From the IMG/VR virus record IMGVR_UViG_3300045120_000279, positions 1-59,289 of that record: DNA of 59,289 nt; one strand, given 5' to 3'. How positions within the stretch are numbered: the stretch's first letter is position 1; each line of letters begins with the position of its first letter. The notes below the pieces were generated by a model. It had not been told where the DNA came from. It worked only from the letters and a program-made list of their open reading frames with translations, and did not search any database. Shown piece after piece: positions 1-11,100 of this stretch. The position numbers were made by a program, and so were the translations under genes. This DNA is from a virus. Its lineage: Duplodnaviria; Caudoviricetes.

Positions 1-23
1 GCGCTCCTCAAGTTTTCCAGCGG
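1..23. repeat. Terminal direct repeat (circular assembly overlap), left copy
   Basis: GCGCTCCTCAAGTTTTCCAGCGG at 1-23 is identical to 59267-59289. Confidence 0.97.
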
Positions 24-747
24 CTGCTACTACGACAACCGCATGCTCCAGACCTCCCTGCCGGTGTCCACCGACCAGGGCATTGTGAGCCATGCGCTGA
101 TCCCCATGGACTTCGTGCCCATCAGCTCGTTCAACTCGCAGAAGAATCCCAACTGGGAAGGGATGTATGAGGGCCTGGATTTCTTCCAGATCAACACTGG
201 TGACTTCGGTGGCCGGGAACGGTGCTTCCCCACGATCCGGTCCCGGCTGGACCAGGGCATCGAGCTGTGGGAATACATTGCCGGCACCAAGTTCGACTAC
301 GGCCTCAATGGTGAGGCCAGGATCACCTTCGCCATGGAGTTCCCAGCTTTCACCTGGGGCAACGAGCTGGAATTAAAACGCCTCCTGTCGGCTGAAATCT
401 GGGTGGACCGGCTGGTGGGCGAAGTGCTCTTCACCCTCGAATACCGTCCGGACGGTTCGCCATGCTGGTTGCAATGGCACTCGTGGAAGCGGTGCTCCAC
501 GCAGAACACCCAGGAGTCCGTGCAGGCACCAATCGGTTATCCAATCGTGCCCTGTCGGGAGTCCTACTTCTCCACCATGACAGTCCCTCGGCCGCCGCAG
601 AACGTGTGCACCACCACAGCGCGGCCGGCTGACATCGCTTACCAGTTTCAACCTCGTCTGGTCGTGACGGGGTTCTGTCGCATCCGTGGGCTCTACCTGC
701 ACGCCGCCAAGGTGGAACGCAAGCTCTACGCAAATATCCAGTGCTGA
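1..747 (+). CDS. C-terminal part of tail nozzle/stabilisation protein (tail tubular B-like), continuing from 58199
   Basis: Frame 1 is open from base 1 (ALLKFSSGCYYDNRMLQ...) and in frame with the ORF starting at 58199 across the overlap. Joined length is about 604 aa; beta-rich; lies before the adaptor and ejection genes. Confidence 0.7.
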   Translation, partial: ALLKFSSGCYYDNRMLQTSLPVSTDQGIVSHALIPMDFVPISSFNSQKNPNWEGMYEGLDFFQINTGDFGGRERCFPTIRSRLDQGIELWEYIAGTKFDYGLNGEARITFAMEFPAFTWGNELELKRLLSAEIWVDRLVGEVLFTLEYRPDGSPCWLQWHSWKRCSTQNTQESVQAPIGYPIVPCRESYFSTMTVPRPPQNVCTTTARPADIAYQFQPRLVVTGFCRIRGLYLHAAKVERKLYANIQC

Positions 748-748
748 T

Positions 749-2260
749 ATGCCAATCGCCTGTCCCATTCCTTGCATCATCTGCACGCCGGGCGCACCGG
801 GTAGCCGGGGTCTCAGCCCGGTGGATGACAACCCGTTTCTGAACCTGTCGTCGGAAGCGCCGGACGTGAACGTGTTCATTGGCCGACGCTACACCCCGTT
901 CGTTCCGCCGCTGGGCAAGTTCTTCTACGCGGTCAGCTGCGTGGGTTACTGCTTCTCGTCCACGTCCCAGGCGGATGCAGACCTGTGTGCCGGGCGCCAG
1001 AACGCGCTGTGCAACTCAGTCAACTGGCCGCAGGCTCCGATCATCCCGCAGGACCCCAACATGCCGGTCGTGCGTCCGCCCAGCAACGTGTTCCCCAACC
1101 AGCGCCAGGTCGCCACCTTCACCTGTGCCAATGGTTCCGTGTTCACCTATGAGGTTGGGGCAGGTTCGTTCTTCGCGTCGTCCACCGCTCAGGCCAACGC
1201 CTTCGCGCTATCGTATGCACGCAACCACGCAAACCAGGCAGCCATCTGCCTCACAGCGTTGTCACCCACACGAATCTGCTTCAAGCAGGACTCCACCTGC
1301 ACCCTTACCGCCACCAACTTTGTGGGTGAGCTTGTCTTTGGAGTGGTGGGCGGATTCCTGCCTGACGGCATGACGCTGGAGCAGGATGGCACGTTCGCCG
1401 AGATCACTGGCACTCCAGTGGCCGGTGGCACATTCACCTTCACCATTGCAGTCACCGACTCCGTGGGCGGCTACGCCGAGCAGGCTTATTCCCTGGAAGT
1501 GTTTGGCATCACCAACGACACGGCGCTGGCCGCCGCCACCGTGGGCACGCCCTACTCGCAGGCGCTCAACCTGGACGGCACTCCCGACGGCGTGTTCGAC
1601 TACACAATCTCTGCTGGCGCGCTGCCTTCCGGTCTGACGCTCAACGCTACCAGCGGAATCATCTCTGGCACTCCTACGCTGGCCACCAGCGCATCGTTCA
1701 CGGTGAAGGTGTCCGACGCCAGCATCTCATGCTCGCGCGACTTCACTATGGCGGTGGCTGGTGGTGGCTTCGATTGCATGGGCAATCCCAGTGACATCCA
1801 GAACATGGTCTGGACCCAACAACCTCTTGATGTGTTTGGTAACACGATGGAGATGCCACCATGCGGCATTTTTACGGCAGCGGCCGGGACTGGGACATTT
1901 TTCGTGGAGTCAAACCTAACTACCTGCTTATTCGGTTCTATCGACATCAAATCCGTCATCTGCAATCCTGGTGCTGCCTACAACATGACGATTACTGTTC
2001 CGTGGGATGATGCAGGGCTGGTGGACGGTGGATTCGCACACCTCATTCAAGTTCAGTTATACTTCAACGGGGTGGGGGTGGCAACGGACGTAAAAGATTT
2101 GGTGACTGGTCCATTTACTCCGTTCGTTGTGACCGCTTTGCTTCCAGCCAATGCCGTCACCATCGTTGATATTAAGATACCCTTGCTGGCATTCCCCACT
2201 CCGTCGGTAAGCGCCTTCAGCTTGGGCAACTTCACCATCACGCCGCTGACGCACCCATAA
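749..2260 (+). CDS. Tail/virion protein with two putative Ig (He_PIG-like) domains and DUF5977-like N-terminal repeats
   Basis: ATG at 749 follows the previous stop. Motifs LPDGMTL..ITGTPVAGGTFTFTIAVTDS and GALPSGLTLNATSGIISGTPT; STSQADAD and SSTAQANAFA repeats. Confidence 0.7.
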   Translation: MPIACPIPCIICTPGAPGSRGLSPVDDNPFLNLSSEAPDVNVFIGRRYTPFVPPLGKFFYAVSCVGYCFSSTSQADADLCAGRQNALCNSVNWPQAPIIPQDPNMPVVRPPSNVFPNQRQVATFTCANGSVFTYEVGAGSFFASSTAQANAFALSYARNHANQAAICLTALSPTRICFKQDSTCTLTATNFVGELVFGVVGGFLPDGMTLEQDGTFAEITGTPVAGGTFTFTIAVTDSVGGYAEQAYSLEVFGITNDTALAAATVGTPYSQALNLDGTPDGVFDYTISAGALPSGLTLNATSGIISGTPTLATSASFTVKVSDASISCSRDFTMAVAGGGFDCMGNPSDIQNMVWTQQPLDVFGNTMEMPPCGIFTAAAGTGTFFVESNLTTCLFGSIDIKSVICNPGAAYNMTITVPWDDAGLVDGGFAHLIQVQLYFNGVGVATDVKDLVTGPFTPFVVTALLPANAVTIVDIKIPLLAFPTPSVSAFSLGNFTITPLTHP

Positions 2261-2262
2261 TT

Positions 2263-3333
2263 ATGCAACGCCTCACACTACAAGCCCTGATGGAGAGCCG
2301 CCTCCCTTCACTGCTCGGCCTCTGCCAGGCCGACTACCCGCAGATCGCCAACTATGTGAACTCGGCCCAGGAGCGATTGCTCATGGCGGTGGAGGCCCGG
2401 GACGAGGGATGGTGGGGCACGTGGGCGGAGATCGCCTTCAACGTGAGCCGCTGCTCGCCATACATCACCCTGCCACGGGAGGTCGCGCGCATCGAGGCGC
2501 TGAACATCTGCAACGTGCCGGTGTTCGTGCAGAACCAGTTCTTTGAATACCTGCGGTTCGGCAACGGCCGACTGCCCAAGCAGTTCAACCAGGGCAACGG
2601 CTGGTTCGGGTGTGCGACCCAGGCGTTCAGCCGCAACAACGCGGTCACGTCCATCAACATGACCAACTCGCCGCAGTATCTGACGGCCTACGCCTCCAAC
2701 CCGCTGGACAACGACGGCACCAAGCGCATCCTGTTCCAGGGTCTGGACGCCAGTGGCAACCAGATTTACACGCTCGACGTGGAGCAGAACGTGCGCGGTG
2801 CGTTCTCGATCTTGCAGTCACCGTCCGTTACCTCGTTGCAGACCTTCAGTGAAATCCAAGGCATCCAGAAGGACGTGACGTTCGGCGAGGTCCGCATCTA
2901 CCAGCACGACCCTACGACCGGTGATGAAATCCTGCTGCTGACCATGCAGCCCAGCGAGACGACCGCCAGCTACCGGCGCTACTACTTCGACTCGCTGCCG
3001 TGGAGTTGCTGCGGCTGCCCGACGGTCCCCGGAATTCCGGACACCATCCAGGTGACGGCGATTGCCAAGCTGGAGCTGATCCCCGTGAAGACGATGACCG
3101 ACTACACGCTCATTCAGAGCAAGGAGGCGATCATCTGCGAGTGCCAGGCCATCCGCATGTCGGAGATGGACGCCAACGCCGCCATGGCCAAGGACAACAA
3201 CTACCACAAGCAGGCCATCCGACTGCTCAACGGTGAGCTGGCGCATTACCTCGGGATTGACAACGCGGCGGTGACCTTCCGACCCTTCGGGAGCGCCCGG
3301 CTGCAACGACAGAAGATCGGTTCACTCATATAG
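2263..3333 (+). CDS. Putative head-tail adaptor / tail tubular protein A
   Basis: YVNSAQERLL...WWGTW...YITLPREV pattern typical of podoviral adaptors; position in the tail module. Confidence 0.55.
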   Translation: MQRLTLQALMESRLPSLLGLCQADYPQIANYVNSAQERLLMAVEARDEGWWGTWAEIAFNVSRCSPYITLPREVARIEALNICNVPVFVQNQFFEYLRFGNGRLPKQFNQGNGWFGCATQAFSRNNAVTSINMTNSPQYLTAYASNPLDNDGTKRILFQGLDASGNQIYTLDVEQNVRGAFSILQSPSVTSLQTFSEIQGIQKDVTFGEVRIYQHDPTTGDEILLLTMQPSETTASYRRYYFDSLPWSCCGCPTVPGIPDTIQVTAIAKLELIPVKTMTDYTLIQSKEAIICECQAIRMSEMDANAAMAKDNNYHKQAIRLLNGELAHYLGIDNAAVTFRPFGSARLQRQKIGSLI

Positions 3334-3336
3334 TCT

Positions 3337-4167
3337 ATGCCAAACCAACTCCAATACACGGACCTCGCCAACGAGGCGAACGACTTCATGACTGGTCAGG
3401 CGTTGAAGCCGTTCCAGGCCAACCTGCCGCAGTATGCGACCAACGTGGCCCAGCGTTCGCAGAACACGAACCAGATGCTCAAGGGCCAGCTGCCACAGGA
3501 CGTGATCAATCAGATTTCCCAGCAGGCAGCCGAGCGTGGTATTGCCACCGGCAGCCCCGGGTCCAACAACGCCAACGCAGCCTACCTGCGCGCGCTGGGT
3601 TTGAACTCGCTGGGGATGATGGGCCAGGGCAGCCAGGAGTTGAGCCGGTCCATTGCCGACACGCCCGTGCCCCAGCTGTGGAACCCGCTGTCCTTGCAGA
3701 TTCCGCAGACACTGGCGGCCCAGGAGCTGGCTCAGGCCCGAGCTGGTCAGGCGCAGCAGGGGCAGCGCAACGCGCCGCAGGGCGGCCCCATCACTCCACC
3801 ACTGGCTCTGGGTGGTGGGGGATTCAACAGCGGCAGCTTCACTGGCGGGGTGTGGAACGGTAACCCGGGCATGACCTCGGTGGGCGGACCAGCATGGGGT
3901 GGTATCACCCCGCAGGGTGGCTACAACGCAGCAGCCAATAACTGGATGGGAGGTGGCCAGATGCAACAGCCCAATTACGGTGGCACCCAGGACTTCGATC
4001 CGTTGTCTCACACCTTCGCTCAAGGCGGTCAATATGGCGGCAGTGTGGACTGGGCCAACCTGTATCAAGACCCCAACATGCCAGCCGGCTGGGCCGACCA
4101 GGACTGGGGTGGTCCGTTCAACCAGATTAACGCCAGTAATCCCGACAACGCATTCATGTTCGAGTAA
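3337..4167 (+). CDS. Putative internal virion (ejection) protein, Gly/Gln-rich
   Basis: QQAAERGI..GS motif and low-complexity G/Q content; first of three genes of increasing size after the tail genes. Confidence 0.55.
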   Translation: MPNQLQYTDLANEANDFMTGQALKPFQANLPQYATNVAQRSQNTNQMLKGQLPQDVINQISQQAAERGIATGSPGSNNANAAYLRALGLNSLGMMGQGSQELSRSIADTPVPQLWNPLSLQIPQTLAAQELAQARAGQAQQGQRNAPQGGPITPPLALGGGGFNSGSFTGGVWNGNPGMTSVGGPAWGGITPQGGYNAAANNWMGGGQMQQPNYGGTQDFDPLSHTFAQGGQYGGSVDWANLYQDPNMPAGWADQDWGGPFNQINASNPDNAFMFE

Positions 4168-4172
4168 CCGTT

Positions 4173-5156
4173 ATGATCATTCCAGACTTCAACGCTTACG
4201 CTCCCAAGCCAAACCTGGCGGAGTCTTACCTGGGTGGGGTGGCCGCTGCGCAGCGCGACCGGGCCCAGGACATGGAGGCGGCCCAGCACGCCCAGCAGCT
4301 CCAGCTCGCCCAGCAGAAGCTCCAGCAGGACGCCGTGCAGAACAACATGGAGTTCCAAGCACGGCAGCAACAGCTCCAGCAGCAGACCATGCTGCACGAG
4401 CAGCAGCTACGGATTCAGGAGCAATACAACCAGCAGCGCATCGGGATGGACCAGCTGCGCATTGAGCAGGCCGGCAAGACACTTCAGCTCAAGCAGCAGC
4501 AGGACGCCCGGTTGCTGTCTGACGAGGGCGAGTGGTCCAAGCGGGTGCAGGGTGGTGAAGACCCCAAGCAGGTGGCTCTCGAAATGGGACCGCGTGCTCA
4601 CCTGCCCAGCGGGGCTTACACCAGCCTGCTGCACAATCCTGACCAAGCCATGCCGCCGGCTGAGTTGATGGATGTGGGCAACGATCCGTCCGGCCGCTTC
4701 AAGACCATCCAGACTGGCCCGCACACCCGTCGGGTCATCGACACGTCTCGCTCCACCGGCGACCTGGCCGAGCGACGCTTCGAGTTCTCCAAGGAGCAGG
4801 CCGGTCGCAAGTCCATTGCGGACCAGATCAAATCCCTGGAGCGGGTCATGGCGGCCGATAAGGTGGGCATGTTCGCCCAGAGTAAGCTGGACCGTGGTGG
4901 TAAGCTGACCCCTGGCCAGCAGAAAGCGGCCGACCAATACAATGCCCGCACAGCGCAGATCGAGTCACTGCGCCAGCAGCTCAACCCAGCTGGTGGGAAG
5001 ACCGCCAGCGAGACGCCCCAGTTCCATGAGGGTCAGGTCATCACCCACAAAAAGACCGGTGACAAATACCGTGTCATAGGGGGTCGTCCTGTGTTAATGG
5101 ATTCCAGTCCGGAACAAGATCAGGAAACCTCGGGTGAGGACACCATGGGAGAATGA
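4173..5156 (+). CDS. Putative internal virion (ejection) protein, Gln-rich coiled coil
   Basis: Gln-rich helical N-half; position between ejection genes. Confidence 0.55.
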   Translation: MIIPDFNAYAPKPNLAESYLGGVAAAQRDRAQDMEAAQHAQQLQLAQQKLQQDAVQNNMEFQARQQQLQQQTMLHEQQLRIQEQYNQQRIGMDQLRIEQAGKTLQLKQQQDARLLSDEGEWSKRVQGGEDPKQVALEMGPRAHLPSGAYTSLLHNPDQAMPPAELMDVGNDPSGRFKTIQTGPHTRRVIDTSRSTGDLAERRFEFSKEQAGRKSIADQIKSLERVMAADKVGMFAQSKLDRGGKLTPGQQKAADQYNARTAQIESLRQQLNPAGGKTASETPQFHEGQVITHKKTGDKYRVIGGRPVLMDSSPEQDQETSGEDTMGE

Positions 5157-5157
5157 G

Positions 5158-8100
5158 ATGCCAACCGATTGGTCGGAATTTACCGCTGACGACAGTGCGG
5201 CCGCCGCAGGAGTGGACTGGTCGCAGTTCGAGGCCGACACGAACGCCGTGGCTAAAGCCCCTGCTCCAGCTCTACCTCGGAATTCCGAGGTAGCTCCACA
5301 GGACACCAGCAACTACTTCCTCAACCCGCCGCCGTCGCCCACCAGCCCAGAGCTGGAAGGCATCTACGCCAAGGCACGCAAGGACGCCCGACCGACCAAG
5401 GCCCAGCTGGCTGACCAGCAGGCGGAGATTGCCGCCCGTGGTGAGGTTGGCCTGACCGATTACCTGGCCAGCCCATTCACCGCTGCGGCTCGCATTGGCT
5501 GGAAGGCCACAGGCCGGGCACTGCAAGGTCTCGACGCGCTGGCCGCTTCAACTCCACCTGGGATTCTGAACGACATGGAGTTCGATCCCGAGTGGGATAA
5601 GAAGCGCGCTGCGATGACCCCTGAGCAGAAAAGGAAGGAGCTGGAGGCTGGTCCGCTCTTCCAGTTCGGCCAGGGCATGCACGACACGGCCGGCGAGTCC
5701 TTCGTCAACGTGGACCCAGAGGGTATCCCCACCAAGCTCGGTGAGGGCGCCGGTGGCTTCCTGCCTGCCGTGCTGACGGGTCCTCTGGCACCGGCGGTGT
5801 TCGGGTTGCAGACGGCCGGTGAGCAGCTGACCCAGGGATATGACGAGCTGATCAAGCAAGGGGCTGACCCTGGCACCGCAGCCGACACGGCCGCCAAGCG
5901 GGCGGTGCAGAACGGCACCATGCAGGGTCTCCTGTTCGAGTTCCTGCCCAAGCCGCTGAAGAGCATTGGTGACACCGCGCTGGACAAGCTGGCCTACGAA
6001 GGCACCAAACGGTGGCTGGCTGGCCGTGTGGCCAACACCGCCAAGGGTGCAGCGTTCGGCGCTGGCACTCAGGTCGCAGCCAACCTGAGCAATGAGCACC
6101 CGTGGTATGAGGGGATCGGGGAAGCCGCTGCGGGCATGGCGCTGATCGACGCCATCATGCCGCGCGGGATGACCAAGGCGGAGGTGAAGGAATACCGCCA
6201 GAACGCCCTGGACGCCGACATAACCAGGCAGCAGGTGGAGTTCAACATCACCCGTGAGGCTTTCCGAAAGCACCTGCGGGAGAAGGCGCAGCTCACTGAC
6301 GAGCACTTGGGCGAGTTGGACCGGCTGCAATACGCCGTGAAGAAAGGTGATACGCTGACCCCGGAGCAGGCCGACCGGCTCAAGGCGTTGGAGTTCCTGA
6401 CCGGAGCCGAGAAGAACGTCCTGCTGCCTGAGCAGAAGGCCATGGTGGATCAGGTGGCCAAGGAGCAGGGCATTGACTGGCGGGAGCAGACTGAGGAAGG
6501 GATGGGTCACGACCAATACACCGGGCGCGTGGCCTACTACGACACCAAGGCCGGCAAGGTGGTGATCAACCCGGCAGAGTTGTCGCTGGTCATGTCGGGC
6601 ATCAAGCCCGCCCGTCGCAAGGCCTACCTGGAGTCGCTGCTGGCGGAGGAAAACATCCACGGCATGGTCACCGACAAGCAGGCTGTGGACTTCGTGCGCA
6701 ACGCCACCCTGGCTGAGAAGGAGGCAGCTGTCCGCCGCTACACTGGCACCGCCAGCGGCCGAACACTGGAAGAGGGTAAGAAGATTTCTGAGGTTGAGCT
6801 GGGGCATGAAATGATCCGGGCCAAGATTCAGCAGTTGATGGGGATCAAGCCCACGGAGCTGGCCTCCTCGTCAGCCGGATTACACCGGGAGCTGACCGCT
6901 GGCCTGCTCAAGATTGAGAACATCATCCAGGCCGTGCGCGAGGTGGCGGCCCGTGAGAACAAAGACAAGCCGGTCAACTTGCAGAACGCCATCCTGGAGA
7001 CGGTGTGGCACAAGATCAACACCGTTAAGGAGCAGGCTGGGGTTGACCGGGAGAACCAGCCGTTCAGCGTGCGGCGCAGCGACGTGGAGGCCATGACGCC
7101 GGAGGAGCAATCGAAGCTGGGGCATAAGGCCGGCATCGAATACGGCATCACTCTTGGCAAGGACGACGTGCCCGCACTGGAGAAGAGCTACAACCAGGCC
7201 CAGGAAGAGATGGGCAAGATTTTCGAGGGTGGCTACGACCAGTCCAAGGAGAAGAAGTGGGCTGCTGCGTTTGGTCGCTCCAACTTCTACGGTGGTGCGC
7301 TGCAAGGGGCCACCAAGGGCGAGCACAAGGCCGCCGCTGGCAACTACGACCTCTACGTGAAGAGCCAGCAGCAGCCAGCGTCCGTGCGGCGCCCGGATTA
7401 CAGCAAGACCGAAGGAGACATTGAGGACCACCTGAAGACGGTAGAGCAGGGCATTCACTTCGTCAGCACGTTGATGGGTAAGCCCAAGGAGCTGCGTGAG
7501 GAGGCTGACAAACTTGAGTCGTTCATCATGGATCGAATCCATGATATTGATGAAAAGGAGGGCACAAATTACCACGAAGATGCTCCTCCGTCCGAATTCT
7601 CAGTAAAGATGCCCGACGAGCTGATGGACCTGAGTCCTGGAATCCACAATCTGGAGCAGGCTCTGGAGTGGGTGGGCAGGCTGCGCCACCGAGAAATTGT
7701 TAATAGAACAGATCAGCAAGGATTCAGCCCTGCCTCCCTCCGACGTGGCGAGAAGCTGAAGGACCGATTGCAACGGCAGGCTGCCGAGCTGCGCCTGCGC
7801 AAGCTGGAGGCCGAAGGCGTGCCCATCCCCGAGGAGCTGAAGAAGACCTTGGGTCTGCGTGAGCACGGCACGGTCGAGCAGCCAACGCCAGTGCCGCCAG
7901 AGGAGCGCACCAGCACCAACTTCCCCCGGTTGACCAGTAAGACCATGGAGGCGGAGGCAGAGGCCGAGATCAACCGGCCCACCAATGCCAAGGGCAAGCT
8001 CAAGATGGCTGAGGCCAAGTCTGAGATTGGTCGCAACAACCCAGCGCCCGGTGAGAAGGTCAGCCGCATGCGCGTGGAGGCCGAGCGGCCCAGCTTCGAC

Positions 8101-11100
8101 CGGTTCGCCAAGAAGATGCGGGACGTGACGGTGGACGTGAAGAAGGAGCAGCTCCAGGAAATCTGGGCTGACCGGGTGTGGGGTGAGCTGACCAAGGCGT
8201 CCCCCGAGCGGCTGGCTGAGCTGCGCAAGGCGTTGGGTCTGGAAGGCAAGTATGGCAGCCGGGCCATGGGTGAAGACCCGCTGGGCCGGCGGGACATCAC
8301 TGGGCCAGAGAAGGCGCCAGAGGTCACCAGCGAACAAGCCATGCGGCAGCGGGAGATTTTGCGGAAGCGGATTGCGAAGCTGGAGGAGGATGCGAAGCAG
8401 AAGCTGCGGGATGCGGACAACTACGAGGCGAACGTGACCGAGGAGTCGGCCAAGCCCCGGGAGGGTGAGCTGTTCGGTGCCACCGACCAGGGCCAGGCGC
8501 TGCGGCAGCAGGCGTTCGAGCTGCGCTACAAGGCGACTGTCATGCGTCGGAGCCTGGAGGCAGCCGGCGACGAGTCGCGCACCCTGCGGCGTAAGGCGGA
8601 CGTGCGGCCCATGACGCATGTGCCCATGGGCGAGGTGCTCAAGGAGGCCAGCGGTGAGGCGAAGAAGCGGCTGACCGAGTTGCAAAGCCAGCTCAAGTCC
8701 ATGGAGGACGCCGGAGTTCCGAGCGACGACAAGGATGTCATCCGGGTTGAGAACGAGATCGAAGATTTACAGCAGAAGGTCCGAGGTGAGTCCGGCGTGC
8801 TCAACCGTCCGAACCGTCCGGCGGAGCGCGCCGGCATGGCCGGCGTGTCTCAGGCGGCCTACCGCCAGAAGGTCATCCGCGCCATTGCCCAGCAGCTGAT
8901 CGGGGAGTCCTACAAGCATGAGAACCGCCGGGCCAACATGGACCGCACGGAGATTTCCGTTGATGACGTGGACTTCACCAACAAGAAGACCCAGGTGGGC
9001 TCGTATTACGAGATCACCCCCGGTGACCTGGAGATCAAGCGCGACGCTCACGGCAACGTGCCCGACATCACACCGCCACTCCTGGCCAAGATTTTGCGGG
9101 ACCAGGCGCGCGGCAAGAACACCGACCCCGAGAGCGCCAGCCGCCGGGTGTTGGTTGTTGTGGGGCCGGACAACAAGGTGCACCTGCTCTCCGTCTACAA
9201 CGACGCCGGTCGCACCATGGTGACCGACCCGGAAGTCCGGGGTTCTCACCGTCCCTACCGGGAGCTGACCTCCGGGTTTATCAAGAAGTATCACCCAGTG
9301 TCCACCCTGCTGCTCAAGGACCCAGTCAAAGGTCTGCGACAGGAGTTGACTGGCATGGCTGAGTTCCGAGACCGCATTGGCCAGGAGGCCAAGGAGCGAT
9401 CCGAGGTGGGTGACAACCTGCTAGAGGGTCTGCACCCGGAGCAGCACGACGTGGAGGGCACGGCAGGTCTGGAAGGGAACATGGGCCTGTTCCAGGGACC
9501 CAAGGCGGGCAACATGGACCTGGAGCAGCGCAACCCTGCCTTGCACTCCAAGGCGCCACTGAGCCGGCTGGAGGCGTTCATGGTCTCCAAGTATGAGTCC
9601 ACCCGGGAGGTGCGCGACGCCATTGAGGACCTGCAACTGAACTTGAAGGAGGGCCGGAAGCTCAGTCCGCGCGGCGTGGTTCTAGTCAACGCCTTCCGCA
9701 AGATTTCAGAACGGATTGAGGCCGGCCGTAAGATGAACCCGGAGATCAGCAGCGACCCGGAGCTGAGCCAGCAGCAGACCATTGACCGCGTGGCCAACCG
9801 GCTGATGTGGTTCAACCAGTCGCCCACTCCAGTCAAAGCCATGCTCCGGGAGTTCGGCTCCCAGCTGCCTGAATCTCTACCTCGGAATTCCGAGGTAGGA
9901 CGGGAGATTCAAACTCCCCCCAAATACAGCCCAAACCTGCACCGCGCGTTTCGCCGTGGGTCAGACAAGCCCATGCTGCCACGGGTGCCTATCAAGCCAC
10001 CCACCCGTCAGGACGTGTTCGCCGGGCCGTTCCAGCGCAAGGCTGCGCCGTCGGGTGAGCTGGGGGCTGACCGGCCTTACATCCCAGAGGGCATGAAGGC
10101 TGAAGCTCCCGGTGAGCGGGAGGCCGGCATCAAGGAGGAGCGCGGCTACCAGCTGGAGGAGATGCGAGACAGGGCGCTGCGCAACGTCATTCGCACCATG
10201 CGCAAGCGGGGCAAGGTGGTCCCGGTGGATGTGGCGCTCAAGAACATTGGTGACATGACCCCGTCGGACATTGCCGAGATGAAGCTGCGCGGACCAATGT
10301 CCACGCGCCGCGTCGAGATTCCCACTGATCTGACTTGGATTGGTAAAGCGGAGAACCTGAGCGATATGTTCCGCAGGTTTCAAAGGGCGGCCTCCATGGC
10401 GCTGGAGAACAAGGATAAGGGTCAGAGCTTGAAGATGGCCAAGCAGGCCCTTGACTGGTTTGAAATATACCACGAGCAAATGCGCCAAGGGCTGCGTGAT
10501 GAAGAGTTCACCACCAAGATTCCCGGTCCTGACAGCCAAGCGGAGAGTGAGTTTCAGGACAAGGTGAGGCAGGCGATCCCGCTGGCCGAGCAGGCCAAGA
10601 AGGTTTTGGCTGACTGGATTAAGCGGGAAGAGGGCGAACAGTCCTTCCCCGCCTCCGTCCGCCGTGACTACGTCCACGACCTCACTGGCGCTCAGGAGAA
10701 GAAGGTGCCGTTCACGCCGACATCCAACTACTGGATGGATCGGGATGGGAATGTTTACAAGGTGCTAGACCACGAGGATGGGGCCTACAAGATCATTCAG
10801 TCGTCCGACAACAAGTCCACCACCAAGGGATTCTCCGACACCAGCGAGCTGATTCATAAGCGTGGATTCGCCCGCATTGCGCTGGACCGGGACAGAAACT
10901 ATGGCGTGTTTGTGCAAGCCAACGACATCACCCCGTCGCAGCGCAAGGCACTCAAACGAATCAGTGAGGACCACAACATTGGGGTCACCTGGGATCAATG
11001 GCCAGGAGGCAAGCAGGAGCTGTTCAAGCCGTGGAGCCCGTCGTCGGTGCGGCGGGAAAAAATCAAACGGTATTGGGACCCGGATGTCGAAAACCGTGGA

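Noticed and set aside
1-23. 23-bp terminal repeat as a biological DTR or att site
   Set aside because: It falls in the middle of a tail gene and is best explained as an assembler overlap
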